From Corallochytrium limacisporum Hawaii (taxonomy: Eukaryota; Protista; Pluriformea), in NCBI GenBank assembly GCA_002811645.1, contig PDIP01000035.1, forward strand, positions 248,001 to 312,000: DNA of 64,000 nucleotides, given 5' to 3'. Positions within the stretch are counted from its first letter, which is position 1; each line of letters opens with the position of its first letter. The notes under the pieces were generated by a model. The model was given only the letters and a program-made list of their open reading frames with translations. It was not told the DNA's origin and did no database searches. Shown here piece after piece: positions 10,314 through 22,429 of this stretch. The position numbers were made by a program, and so were the translations under genes.

Positions 10314-11750
10314 TCAGATCGCTTCCATAAAGCTGCGCAGGCCCTGACCAAGCTCCCAGATGGCAATACCAACCCCGAATCTGTTCGCCAGCTCTACACG
10401 GAACCGTACACTTTCCACGGTCGGGAAATAGACGAAGTGCAGACGGTCACCGTCATCCACGTCACGGTACTGGAACGCGTGCTCAGCAGATATTTGGTCC
10501 CATTTGATCTCGGTCTCTGGGTACTTTTCCAAAAGGGAAAGGTACTCGGGCGCAAGGATAGGCTTGCCTTGACCCTTACCTCCTTCGTCCGGCCAGTAAT
10601 TCCATCCGTAGAAGTTCAAGCCAACCATTACCTGGTCACGCCCGGGGGCCTCAGTCTGGCGTTCCTCGTCGGAGACGCTCTTCGGCTCTAATCCCAAGTC
10701 CGCAGCGAGCAGCAAGTCTTCGTCTTCGCTATCTGCTGGCATGCCTTCCTTGGCCGCAGTGTCCACCCACTGCTTGTAAGGTTGTCCGACGAAGAGTCGC
10801 ATTATACTGTCTCGGACCCAGGTGATTGGTGAGTTTGCTCCTGCCTGCGATGGGTGGCTAAAATCATAGGTAATCAGTTGAAAATGTCCCACGAATGGAC
10901 GAAGTTCGTCGAAATGCTCTTGGGTGAATGAGTCCTCTTCCGGAGCGCGAAATCCAGGAACGGGCAGCACATACTCAAGCTTTGCCTTCTTGGCAAGTAC
11001 GCCAACGGCACTGAAGAAGGACATGAGCATCTTGGCGAACTCCTTTTCAGACCCAATGCGATTCCAGAGCTCCAGAGTGATCCCATCGAATTTGTTCCTG
11101 GTGCAATGTTCAAGAATTCTAAGCGCCGTTTCTTCTATGATTGCGGGTTGGGTCATGAGTGCACTCATGGCGGGGCTGTCCCAGTTTTTGATAATGTAAC
11201 GAGGCACTATTTTTATGTCCGGATTTTTTTTCCTGAGAGCTTCAACCCACTCCACGTCAATGTTTTCATCCCCTCCAACTGAAGAGATCACGGTGTGCAC
11301 TTCCTTGTCATCAGGCAAGTTCGCACCAGCTGCGTTTGCAGTTTGGACTTCCTCCTTGCTCAGCACCGACTGTTTGCCACTGACTTCGAACCAGCACGGG
11401 GCAACATGAGTAAACTTCTGTGCGAACTCCTTGGCTACATCGTAACCACTCCCATTCCATGGTGTGACATAGCCCAACACCACACCCTTGGTCTTTCTTG
11501 AAGTGTTTGGATCCATGTACTTTGCCTTAGCCTCTCGGTCAATAATCTTAGAGAGCACAATGTCACCTCCAAGGGCATTATCAATGTTCTTTAGCTGCTT
11601 ATTATCTACCACAGTGTAAAAACCAGTATCTGTGGCAAGAAGCTCCTCAGGATTCTTGATCTCGACCTTGTTGTCACCCACTTCGGCCAAAGCAAGCGTT
11701 GACGCCTGCAGAACCAGGTGCAACCCTAACGGTGTAAACCCGAACTTCAT
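10314..11750 (-). CDS. CHID1: Chitinase domain-containing protein 1 (GH18-like, non-catalytic), secreted
   Basis: Signal peptide; VLGYVTPWNGSGYD, KFTHVAPCW, FDGITLE (degenerate DxDxE), TYDFS, GLNFYG, GIAIWELGQG. Confidence 0.9.
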   Translation of the reverse strand: MKFGFTPLGLHLVLQASTLALAEVGDNKVEIKNPEELLATDTGFYTVVDNKQLKNIDNALGGDIVLSKIIDREAKAKYMDPNTSRKTKGVVLGYVTPWNGSGYDVAKEFAQKFTHVAPCWFEVSGKQSVLSKEEVQTANAAGANLPDDKEVHTVISSVGGDENIDVEWVEALRKKNPDIKIVPRYIIKNWDSPAMSALMTQPAIIEETALRILEHCTRNKFDGITLELWNRIGSEKEFAKMLMSFFSAVGVLAKKAKLEYVLPVPGFRAPEEDSFTQEHFDELRPFVGHFQLITYDFSHPSQAGANSPITWVRDSIMRLFVGQPYKQWVDTAAKEGMPADSEDEDLLLAADLGLEPKSVSDEERQTEAPGRDQVMVGLNFYGWNYWPDEGGKGQGKPILAPEYLSLLEKYPETEIKWDQISAEHAFQYRDVDDGDRLHFVYFPTVESVRFRVELANRFGVGIAIWELGQGLRSFMEAI

Positions 11751-14700
11751 GGTTTAAACAACGCGTGAACTTTGTTTGCCAAGACAAAATTTGTCACTAC
11801 GATCACGCAATAGTCTACAGATCTCGTTTTGTCAAGTACCCAGCACACGGGAGGAAACGGTGCAAGCCGTCAGCCCGAAACCCTGCCGCCGATCGAAAAG
11901 CCAAAACAGATTCAATGTTAGGGGCCTAATTTTCAAGACCCTCTCGGAAACAATGCTCCTAGCTCTTTGGTGGTCTCCATCTCCCTTGCCCGCTCCCTCT
12001 CCCCTCCATTCATTTTTGGTTGGTATTCCCCCTTGGGTATCCACCGTCCCGACGCGCACGGTGAAGGAGGGAAAATAAACTGGGAAGGAAAAGACCTGTG
12101 GCCCCCCCCCGCGGGGGGGGGGTCGGGGTGAGGTGGACTGAGATAGGGAGGTTTTGGGGAGGAAGTTTAAGAATTAACAGAGGAATGTGCGAGACATTGT
12201 CTTAGGGAATTGGGGGGCCTATTTTATTCCGGGAACCCCCGGTGGGTTTGGTCCCCGAGACCCACCCGTGCTCCCTGTCGCTAATATCGCCAGTCGCCCG
12301 TTCTCCGGTCCCCCGGTTGGTTCCCGCGTTGTTGCGTAAAATGGGCTGGCGCCTCGTCTTCAGCCGCACCCACACCCCGCCGCTCCACCGCTTGGAACCC
12401 CTTCGCACTTCTTCACTCACAACCCCCCCCCCCCGGGGCCCCGCGGGGAGGGGGGGCCGGCTTGTCCGCCGGCCAGAACGAAGAGCGGAGCAATTGTCAA
12501 GTTTGCCTTGCGTGAGATGAACGTACCATATATGGGATACTGAAATATACTCAGGACTTCCTCGGAGAGCACTAGGTACAACACCCTTCAGCCTTTGCCG
12601 GTAGATCTCGCGCCCGGTGAGGACGGGAAGCACCAGCACTTCGTCCGAACGAGGATGAAGATGGAAGGCGTAAACAACAGCTTAGAGAACACTAGTCGGA
12701 GTTTTGTGTCTCTCCGCCATGCCCTACACACAGAGGTCATTCATGAGGCCTTAAATCTTGTGCAGAAAGAACTTCGTAGATGCTAGGTTCTCGACATCCG
12801 ATCATAATCGGTGACAACTTGCACATCGGTAGTCTAAAACATGGAGCTAATACGTGCTCCGTTTGACGATGGAATGCTGTGACATAGCGCTGGACAGCTC
12901 AAATATGGTATCGCCATCTGATTCTAGATGCTTCTCTCACTTTCTCTCTGCTCTCCCTACACGGTACGGCCTGCTTTCGAGCATCCTTCCATGCGGCAAG
13001 ACTTGGGGCCGGCTGAATTGGAAGGTTGGTAGGCGAACAGTGCACACTGGCGCCCAGGCTCACACAGGTCCCCAAGTGCGTCCCACGAAGGCGGAAGGAA
13101 ACGCGACAGTGGCGAACGAAACAAACCTGGCATGCATACTCTTGTGGAAAGGTGTAGGTAGTCTTGGTCCGCTTCTCGTCGGCCTGCATACCCCCCACCA
13201 ATCCGACGCTAGGGATGGCAACACTATTGTCACGCATGTAACCTTACCATACTTTCTCACTGGATTGACGTACCACTGGCCGGAATATGGAGCCCCCGCC
13301 CGCTATCACCTACATGTGCACGGTACGTTCAGAGTGAGCATCCTCTTCCATTTTTGAACACTGTCACTCTCAGACATTGTCGATGGATGTAGTGAACCGC
13401 TGTCATCAAACAACGAAACGGTGCCTCATGGTTTGGATCAAACCCGAAACCACTACAAGAACATCTTTGGTAACTAGTCTGGAAAACGACAAAGGGGCAC
13501 CGATGGCACCACTTTCTTGACATGCGGGGGAGACGACAGAAAGCTATGGCCTTTTGGAGCACACACCCAAGGGTCTGTTCAAGGCCAGCACAAATACCGT
13601 TGGGCCGATATCCCGCAAGCTTCGTTGCTTCTCGCGGTTGCAGTTCTCATGCCAAAGATGCATGAAGGTGATATTGAATGGACTGTTGAGTAACGGGATA
13701 GACCGCAAACCGACATAGGACATTGCAAATGCACACGGAACGCTGACTATTTCGCGATCAGCGATGGAATGACGCATCTGCGACTTGTCCAAAAAACATC
13801 AGCCACACCAGTTGTGCAAAGGTGAGCAAAATTTGCGGCTAAGTGACCGGGGCCAGAAGCGGCATGATTAGAAATTGGTCAAATTTGTTCTACAAACAAA
13901 TCTTATGTCCTTGGCCGTGTCAATTTCTCGTCGTTTCACTCTCGTCGCTTCCGTCATGTACTGTTACGAGGCCATTGCCAACTAAAATTGTAACATTCTC
14001 CAACACGATGGTAACCGACGAATACTGTCCGTGTCTGTCAAAGTTTTGCGTCGGTGTATATTAATAGTACTGATTGATGACTGCTCATGTGGGCGTGCTT
14101 CTGGGCGTCCACGGAACTGCGCAGGAGTATGGCTGCCGACGTCTGTGTGGGGTTCCCGTGCACATATTTGTTTTGGGAGTGAACAGAACGGGAAACGGAA
14201 CAAGTTTCCAATTGCACCAATGCTGACGTTGTGAAGTTCTTTGTGTCTTCATCTGTCCGAAGAAAAATTCAGTGGAGTAAAAAATGGGCGGGGTTTGGGC
14301 AGAGTTTTTATCAGCCCCGAGAGTGCAACAAATGGGCCCTACGTGTAGCGAAGCAGGTACAACCGGTGGAATAGGGTTTCGAAGGATGCTCCTCGTGTTA
14401 TGAGGAAGGGATCAGTTGAAGAACACAAGGGAGGGGATAGACAGGGATTCTGGGTACACATTGGGAAACATGGAGCTCTAAGGGCATTACAAAAGGACCT
14501 TGAGGAGCCCGACTCGTAGTGTAAATGATGACCATGTTTCACCGTCTGGGATCCGATTGAATGATCCTCTGAAATCATCAACTTGATCCAGAGGGGCAAC
14601 AGAATAGTTGACCTTCACCCGAGAGAAGGTGGTGTGAGTCATGGCTCGCCCTCCCAACTATGACCATGGTATTGCGGCAACCGCAGATCGCGAAAAGCCA

Positions 14701-16595
14701 AAGAGCATTCCTCCACTTCTCCCGCTGCAACCGTACAGTTACAAGACGACTATCGAGCCATCCCCCCCCCGGTACCTAACATATGATGGTTGTCGCTTCA
14801 ACTACACCACTGGCAAATCGTGCAAAGTGGAACCACTAACGAGAAAACAACTAAGACATCCCAGTCGAATTCTATATTTCTTGATGAGGCCGCAAATATT
14901 CATTCTCGTAGGGTGGCCAGGCCGAGGTGGTAAGCCAGTATCCAAGGAATAAAGATGAAATCCTCGTCGAACGATAAGATGCGTACTGGCGGGTTGCTAA
15001 AAAGTAGATTTGTCAGCGTGCTACTCCTATTACACCTAAGTAATAACAAGTGGGCACCAATGTGCGACTGCTACCAGTTAGTTTTAATAACAATTTCACA
15101 ACTCAAAGAACTTGCTCGTCACAGACACATCCGCGAGAGCGGGTAGGATGATACATTGAGTCATTTGAAGTAGATATTTGCGGAGTTGGCATCTGCACCA
15201 TGAGGATAGTAAAAGGCAACATCCATAGATTTCGTCATGAACAGGTGAGGTCACCGAGCCTCTACTGTATTCTTAAAGGGGGTCGGCCCTAGCTAGTGAC
15301 AAGAAAATGAAAACGAACGCAATCGCAAAGAAGGGATTCTATTTGCGGATGTCAGTGACAAGCAACGCTTGTACTGCACTAGCCCGGCTGTCATATCAAT
15401 GACACTTTAAGGCTTGGAGGCTTGTGCTGCCGTCTCCCAACGCTGCACGCGACCATGAGTCGACAGTGCATTAGAGATTCCAGCATGTGCCATGATATGT
15501 GCCTGTCCATACGGTCCTTACTTTCCAAACGCTGACCACGAGATTCCCAGTCGTCGTCGATCCCTTCCACATTCACTGTCACAGGAGGACCTGGAGGCCT
15601 AGTCTGACCCCGGCCATGTTTCGTATATGAACAGGCAGTGCGTAGCTGTCACTTCTTTCGCACGCAGACCCACACTCAACTATGGCCATGCACGACCTAA
15701 TACAGTAGATATGTATGTGCCCAGTAGCTTTCGGTGATATCGCCAGTCACAACCAATGCGAAATCGGTCTGAATCCGTCAAAAAAAGTTTACCCCCCGTG
15801 CTAGAGATATTGAGCACTTGCACACCGTACCCCCAATAGGTGCATACCTTCATTGTAGTTTCAAAACCTGGCGTGCAATGATTCATTAATGGCAGAGTAC
15901 CCCTTGGCTCCAAATGGTAGCATCCACACGGTCCTAGGCTGTCCTGCCATGAATTGACAAACTAATCATGGCTTTTAAACCGCGCGCCCGTGTGGACAAT
16001 GTCCAGAATGCGTGCACCCACCTGGCAGATTTGAACAGGATTCCCATCGAAGCACAGCAGCTTTATTTGGTTGGGAAGATCTGGAGGAATTCGGTCACCG
16101 GTGACGTCTATTTAAGATGTTTACGTCAATATGTATGGCTTGGGTATATACTACGTGGCGCGGAGCCCTCAACATCTCTACATACCCTGGATTTTCACCG
16201 CCGCCATGAAGGAACCGAGGGGGTAAGAAAATCTTTGAGTTCCTTCGGCTCCTGTGTGTTATGATCAGTGTTGAGTGCCCAGGCCGCCGGCGTAAGGAAC
16301 AAAAAGAAATCTGCGGCTGGCGCCGTCCTCGAGAGAAAATAATTAACTGTACCCCTATTCGCATCCCCTTTCTAATCCGACAGATTATTTATGTGAAATA
16401 CCTGTGTCACCTAATAATATTTTTAATTTGAATTCGGGAGCAGGGCTCGAACCGGGCGAATTCCCAGCAAAAAGTCCAATTGATCAGACTTCACGTTCGC
16501 ATCTTTCTCCTCGGAGTTGGCTTACCAATCGTCTGTGATGAAAGTTACAAAGTCTATGATGCAAAATTTAATGTCAATCTCATTAGCACGGTCGT

Positions 16596-17498
16596 TCACG
16601 ACCGCTGTCCAGTCTGGGCCTTGATTGCGCTTGTCATGCCCTCGGCAGCGGCTTCTTGCTTTGCCTTGTCAATCGACAGACCCGCATACCGGTAATAGTT
16701 ATGGATAGTGACCAACATAAAAGCGCCCCCGATTGCAGCAAGTGTCCAAATTACGGCAGAGAGCGTGGTGAAAATGGCAGTCACAACTTCATGTTCTTCG
16801 TATGCATTGATTGCTTCGATCCATCCAATGGCGCCTACAAAACTAAGTCCGATAGCGTTGATGACATACCCAAGTGTTTGAAATCCAAATACGAAGAAAA
16901 ACAACAGAAAGTTTAAGCTTCGATCTGTTCGAAAGGCGTTATAAATCACCCGATACCAAAATATAAGACTCATAGGGATAAACAAGACCAGGAAGACAAT
17001 GCTGATAATGATTGAGAAGACTACAGAGTCACAGCTATTGCACCCTATCCGTGAGAGTGCAGCGATCAGGTTCATGGACAAGCCAAGGACATGCCAGTGC
17101 CAGAAAAAATACATACGTTTTGCCATTTGCTGACACTGGGGTGGAATCTCTCCCTCAATGTCGTGATACATGAGAGGCTTGTACGGCCAGAACATCTTCT
17201 TCGGGAAGCGAGGGAAGTTTGGTTCTTTTTTATGATCAACCAGGGGTGCCCGTCCTGTTTCTCTCTGTTGTCCATTTCCAAAGAAGCCGGCAGAGGAGTC
17301 TGCCTCATCCATGGCACGCTGAGTTTCTTCAAAAGCGTTCCTTTCCCGTTCGCGCCGAGCGGCATCCGCAGCAGAATTGCCCAACGATTGGGTCTTGGAC
17401 CCATCGTCAATTTTACCACTAACTGCATTCTCTAGCCCGGTGCTCATCTTAAAGGGCTGATCATCAATTTCAAATGGGTTACCGACACCAGGATCCAT
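16596..17498 (-). CDS. SCAMP: Secretory carrier-associated membrane protein
   Basis: NPF motif, coiled segment, NFPRFP, YHDIEGEIP, four TM helices, WYRVIYNAFRTD E-peptide. First ATG (accATG) at 17498. Confidence 0.9.
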   Translation of the reverse strand: MDPGVGNPFEIDDQPFKMSTGLENAVSGKIDDGSKTQSLGNSAADAARRERERNAFEETQRAMDEADSSAGFFGNGQQRETGRAPLVDHKKEPNFPRFPKKMFWPYKPLMYHDIEGEIPPQCQQMAKRMYFFWHWHVLGLSMNLIAALSRIGCNSCDSVVFSIIISIVFLVLFIPMSLIFWYRVIYNAFRTDRSLNFLLFFFVFGFQTLGYVINAIGLSFVGAIGWIEAINAYEEHEVVTAIFTTLSAVIWTLAAIGGAFMLVTIHNYYRYAGLSIDKAKQEAAAEGMTSAIKAQTGQRS

Positions 17499-18720
17499 GG
17501 TGCCTGTGTATGTGTCGGACAATCTCTTATGAGCAACGGTTTCGGTCACTTGAGGTGTAAAGCTTGCGGAATTTTCTAGGGTACAGTCTTTATCCCGTAT
17601 AATTCTTACTTGTACCAGCTTGTGCGAAACAAGTCTTTGAAGTTTTCTGGTGATTACGCAGAACAGCAACAGACACCTGCTCTTGTACGAAAGATAAACG
17701 AATCCGCGCGTGCAGGCAGCGCCGTGTAGACTTTGACCTGTGCGCGACATTGCAAAACTTCAGCATCCTACCCTTTGCGGTGATCCTTGGGCCATAGAGG
17801 GATCAGCGGGGTTTTGCTTTGCTTTGCCCCCTACTCCTACCCTATATAGTGGAAGGAGACAGGGACCCACATCTTCTAAGAATTCCCCTGGCTGCTGCTC
17901 GTCGTCCGGTAGTAACATACAGTGCTCGGACGGCCTCCACTCAGTGGTACCGGAGCAGTGTTTTGATACCCCGGTACCAACCCCAGAAACGCATCCACAT
18001 TGTACGATAGTACAGCAAACCAACAGCCCGAGCGACCAGGTATATGGTACAGTCACTGCTGTGGTTATTTCACCAGCGCAGAACTTGTTTCCTTTCTGTA
18101 CTGCTACGAAGGGTTTCTTCCCGTTCCCACCCCACCGCTTGCTATTAGTGTAGTAGACACACACCCAGCCGTGGGCGCGCAGACCGGACTTTTCATTACA
18201 CCTTAGTAGGTGGGATTCAATTCCTTTTGTCCATTGACAAAAGGACTTACATGAACCCCTAATTATCTAATTTAAGAATTTAGAACTGGGATATTCGATG
18301 TACCCCTAACTGTCCTATTTTAATTCGATGTGAAGGACTTTCCGGATGAGAGAACTCCCTCCTCAAACCTGCGCTTCTCCCCCGGGAAAGGGGGGGGGGG
18401 CCTTGGGCTCTTGGATGGAGCCCCGAACCTGTGTAGTTTTGGGTTCTAGCACTATTGATAGTGTGGCGGGTTTGGCCCCCTTTCAACGAATGAGACCCGC
18501 CAATTTGTTCTCTTCTGGCCTTCCCCCACCCTCCGCCCGCCTAAGGGCGAAGGCCGCAGTCCAAAAAGGTTCTCCGAATTGCAAGTGATCGTCCCTCCCT
18601 TCAGTAGAGGACCTATATTCTGGCGAGTGCGCAGAATGAGAGGAGGGCAGGAAATGTCAACGTTTTCGGGACGGGAAAACATTCCGCACTGAATGACCAG
18701 TACATTCAGTATAGAAATCG

Positions 18721-18755
18721 GGAACATTCGAGTACATTCTGGTACTTTCCGGAAA
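18721..18755. promoter_or_regulatory. Heat-shock element array upstream of Hsp104
   Basis: Seven pentamers in 5-bp register: GAA(18722) TTC(18727) GTA TTC GTA TTC GAA(18752), about 530 bp upstream of the ATG. Confidence 0.75.
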
Positions 18756-19282
18756 CTGCTTTGAATGCCGGGCACTCAATCATAGAACCCATGGAATTCA
18801 CTGCCTTCAGTGCGAAATTACAGTTAAGTACAGGATGGGTGGTAGTAAGCAAAGCTCCTAAGACACCGTGTTGGAACCCGGTACATAAATAATGACAAAT
18901 GCTACGCAGTTAAGCTCACTTGCTCTATAGGGGTTGGTCAGTCTGCATGAGTATGGAAGGGAGACACTTCATCCAATACGCACCGTCGGGGAGCCGCAAT
19001 GATGAAGATTGCTGAGTGTGTACGGACGGAGAGTTTTCACGGTGGCAAACCGGTAAGTGGATGCGTATGCTCGCGGTTCGAATGTTTTGCGTTGCCTGTG
19101 TCTTGGACATGCCACCCATGCACTGAATGTGTACATTCGGGTATTTAAGGTAGCAATGCCCAGGGGAACACATGTCCGATCTGATTTCAAAGATCAACAA
19201 ATACCCTAAGGAAGTATTAGACAAAGAACCGGGACTAAAAACGCCGAGTTCACAATAACAGAAGTGAATCTACACAGTAGAT

Positions 19283-22012
19283 ATGGCTCACAACGGACAG
19301 AACTTCACTGATAAGGCTGTTGAGATCCTCAACAGTGCCATGCAATTGGCACGCGACAGCAGTCACATCCAGTTCGCTCCAATTCATGTGGCTTCAGTGA
19401 TCTACACTCCCCAAGAGGGAACTGAGAGGGGACTGGGGGTAACCGTCCTTGACCAACTACATGCTGATAAGGTTGTAATTAGCCGTGGCCTCAGCAAGCT
19501 ATTGGTGCAGCAACCGGCCCAGGATCCTCCTCCTCCTCAGCTGAGTCCGAATCACGCAATGGCCAAATTTTTCAAGGATGCCAACGATGATGCCAAGTCC
19601 ATGGGCGACTCCTTCGTTGGCCAAGACCATTTGATGCGGGCTCTCTACAAACAAACGGACATTGAACAGGCACTAGCAGCTGGAGGTGCAACCAAGGACA
19701 AGGTTGTCGCACTGATCAACAAAAAGCGCGGGAGCACCAAGGTTGACAATGCCAGTGGAGATGCCCAATTCGATGCCCTGAATAAGTATGGTCAGGATAT
19801 GACTCAACTAGCTGAGGACGGTAAGTACGACCCTGTCATTGGCCGTGACGATGAGACCCGGCGTGTCATCCAGGTACTGGCCAGGCGAACGAAGAACAAC
19901 CCAGTGCTCCTGGGCCCTGGTGGCGTAGGTAAAACGGCAATTGTAGAAGGTCTGGCCCAGCGTATGGTCGCTGGTGATGTGCCCGAGTCTCTGAAATGCA
20001 AGCTCTACGCCCTCGACATGGGTGCGCTGGTTGCTGGTGCCAAATACCGCGGCGAATTCGAGGAGCGTCTGAAGGCAGTGCTCAAGGAAGTAAAGGATGC
20101 AGAGGGGAACATTATTCTCTTTATTGACGAGATCCATTTGGTGCTGGGTGCAGGCAAATCCGATGGTGCTATGGACGCAGCTAACTTGTTGAAGCCCATG
20201 CTTGCTCGTGGAGAATTGCGATGCATCGGTGCCACTACGAACGACGAATACCGTAAATATGTCGAGAAAGATCCGGCGTTTGAGCGTCGTTTCCAGCCTG
20301 TTTACGTGGGTGAACCCTCCGTTGAGGCTACTGTTTCCATTCTCCGTGGCCTGAAGGAACGCTACGAGAGTCATCATGGTGTGCGCATCAAGGACGACGC
20401 TCTGGTATCCGCTGCCCAGCTAGCTGGTCGCTACGTGACTCAGCGCTTCCTGCCGGACAAGGCCATCGATCTTGTTGACGAGGCCTGTGCACGCATTCGT
20501 GTGCAGCTAGACAGTCAGCCCGAGGCTATTGATGAGCTGCAGCGCAAGAAATTGCAGCTCGAGATCGAGGCTACTGCCTTGAAGAAAGAGAAAGACGATG
20601 CCTCTAAGCGGCGCTTGAAGCAGGTCCAAAAGGATATTCAGGACATTGATGAGGAGCTCAAGCCCTTAAAGATGAAGTATGAGCGGGAAACTGAGCGTGT
20701 CCATGAAATGAGGAAGTTGCAGCAGCGTCTGCAGGACCTGCAAATCAAGTTACAGCAAGCCGAGCGCACTCGTGACTTGGTCACCGCCGCTGACTTGCAG
20801 AACTTTGCCATTCCCGATGTCAAGCAGAGGCTTGAGGATCTGTCCAGGGCTCAGAAGATTGCTGAAGAACAGCAGGCCACTGGTGGAGATGACGATGAGA
20901 AGATGTTATCCGAGGTAGTCACTTCCAATGACATCATGGATGTGGTGAGCCGCTGGACAGGCATTCCCGTCAGCAAGCTGAACCAGGATGAGCGCGATAA
21001 AGTGCTTGGACTGGAGAAATTCTTGGGCAGCCGGGTAATTGGACAGCCCCAGGCCATCAAAAGCGTGTCTGAGGCCATCATGCGCAGCCGGGCTGGCCTC
21101 AGCAACCCCAACCAGCCGACTGGTTCCTTCCTGTTCCTGGGACCCACTGGTGTCGGTAAGACCGAACTAAGCAAGGCACTTGCTCTTGAACTTTTCGATG
21201 ATGACCGTCATATCGTGCGCATTGATATGTCCGAGTACATGGAGCAACACAGCGTTTCTCGTCTGATTGGTGCTCCTCCTGGCTACGTTGGTCACGAGGA
21301 GGGCGGTCAGCTGACAGAAGCAGTGCGCAGGCGCCCATACAATGTGGTGCTCTTTGATGAGATTGAAAAGGCCCATCCCAAGGTGCTCAACACATTGTTG
21401 CAGGTGCTTGATGAGGCCCACTTGACCGACAGCCAGGGCCGTACAGTTGACTTCCAGAATACTGTCATTATTCTCACATCCAATGTGGGTGCTGAGCACA
21501 TGTTCCGAGCAGGTAATACCCTGGATGCTGGGGACTTATCTCCCGAGGTTAAGGCTCAAGTGATGAACGACGTGCATGCCACATTCAAACCAGAATTCTT
21601 GAATCGTCTGGATGACATCGTCATCTTCAACCCTCTAAACCGCCAAGCTTTGCATGAGATCATCGATCTGCAGATCAAGCGTCTTTCAAAGCGTCTGGAA
21701 GACAAGAATATTGAGATTATGGTTGACCAGGCGGTTAAGGACAAAATGATTGAGGTCAGCTACAATCCGCAGTGGGGTGCTAGGCCTCTGCGACGCTACG
21801 TGGAGCAGGATCTGGTGACCAAGCTCTCAAAGCTGATCATCAAGGGTGATCTGAAAGACAACAGCTTGGTGCACATGACTCTCGATTCCGCAGGCGAGGT
21901 ACAGTTCAACATCAAGGCCAACGCCGTTCCAATGGACACCAGTGACGATGGTTACGCCAACGATATCAGAACCGGAAGTAAGCGATCCCATGGCACCGCC
22001 AATGCTGCTTGA
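19283..22012 (+). CDS. HSP104: Hsp104/ClpB AAA+ disaggregase (cytosolic type)
   Basis: [16 protein letters not shown], Walker A GVGKT twice, KYRGEFEER, middle coiled coil, [13 protein letters not shown] pore loop, GARPLRR. Confidence 0.98.
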   Translation: MAHNGQNFTDKAVEILNSAMQLARDSSHIQFAPIHVASVIYTPQEGTERGLGVTVLDQLHADKVVISRGLSKLLVQQPAQDPPPPQLSPNHAMAKFFKDANDDAKSMGDSFVGQDHLMRALYKQTDIEQALAAGGATKDKVVALINKKRGSTKVDNASGDAQFDALNKYGQDMTQLAEDGKYDPVIGRDDETRRVIQVLARRTKNNPVLLGPGGVGKTAIVEGLAQRMVAGDVPESLKCKLYALDMGALVAGAKYRGEFEERLKAVLKEVKDAEGNIILFIDEIHLVLGAGKSDGAMDAANLLKPMLARGELRCIGATTNDEYRKYVEKDPAFERRFQPVYVGEPSVEATVSILRGLKERYESHHGVRIKDDALVSAAQLAGRYVTQRFLPDKAIDLVDEACARIRVQLDSQPEAIDELQRKKLQLEIEATALKKEKDDASKRRLKQVQKDIQDIDEELKPLKMKYERETERVHEMRKLQQRLQDLQIKLQQAERTRDLVTAADLQNFAIPDVKQRLEDLSRAQKIAEEQQATGGDDDEKMLSEVVTSNDIMDVVSRWTGIPVSKLNQDERDKVLGLEKFLGSRVIGQPQAIKSVSEAIMRSRAGLSNPNQPTGSFLFLGPTGVGKTELSKALALELFDDDRHIVRIDMSEYMEQHSVSRLIGAPPGYVGHEEGGQLTEAVRRRPYNVVLFDEIEKAHPKVLNTLLQVLDEAHLTDSQGRTVDFQNTVIILTSNVGAEHMFRAGNTLDAGDLSPEVKAQVMNDVHATFKPEFLNRLDDIVIFNPLNRQALHEIIDLQIKRLSKRLEDKNIEIMVDQAVKDKMIEVSYNPQWGARPLRRYVEQDLVTKLSKLIIKGDLKDNSLVHMTLDSAGEVQFNIKANAVPMDTSDDGYANDIRTGSKRSHGTANAA

Positions 22013-22321
22013 CTACACTCGGCCCCCCCAGATATTGATGACAGTCTAAGGGGCAGCACATGTGAAGCTGATCGTATCGGTGATACAGAGACAGCAGAGG
22101 ATGCAGATTGTGATGTCCTCGTGGCCCAGAAGCGTAGTCGGCGGGCGTAAAGTGGCCTGCCACCTTCAATTGAAAAGAATAAAAAATCCTCTTTCTAAAA
22201 CCATCTAGTCTGCTCAATCATTTTCAGAACTTATCGGAAAGAGTATCATTGCTACCAGGGAGACAGTGATAGAGACGACGAGGATAGCATGTGTGAGTAC
22301 GGTAGCGAATACAGTTCGGCC

Positions 22322-22429
22322 ACTGAAGAGAGTCAGCCAGTGAACAAGGTCTGCCATTTGAAGAGCATTCTGCGGACTGAAGAGAGTCAGCCAGTGAACA
22401 AGGTCTGCCATTTGAAGAGCATTCTGCGG
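22322..22429 (+). repeat. Perfect 54-bp tandem duplication
   Basis: actgaagagagtcagccagtgaacaaggtctgccatttgaagagcattctgcgg occurs at 22322-22375 and again at 22376-22429. Confidence 0.97.

Noticed and set aside
10302-10316. CHID1 stop TGA-CTG as a readthrough site
   Set aside because: It adds only X-L-L-R before TAG, with no recognisable targeting signal.
16431-16470. Minus-strand GGTTCGAGCC (B-box/T-loop-like) inside a GAATTCG...CGAATTC inverted repeat
   Set aside because: The T-stem does not pair fully and no acceptor, D or anticodon arms can be built, so it is not a tRNA.
21978-22227. GTAAGC donor inside the Hsp104 CDS splicing to ttttcAG at 22227
   Set aside because: The phase is incompatible with the downstream coding-like frame and gives a short product with no apparent sense.
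22322-22429. Tandem repeats as a CRISPR-like array
   Set aside because: Only two adjacent copies, no spacers, eukaryotic context and no cas genes.
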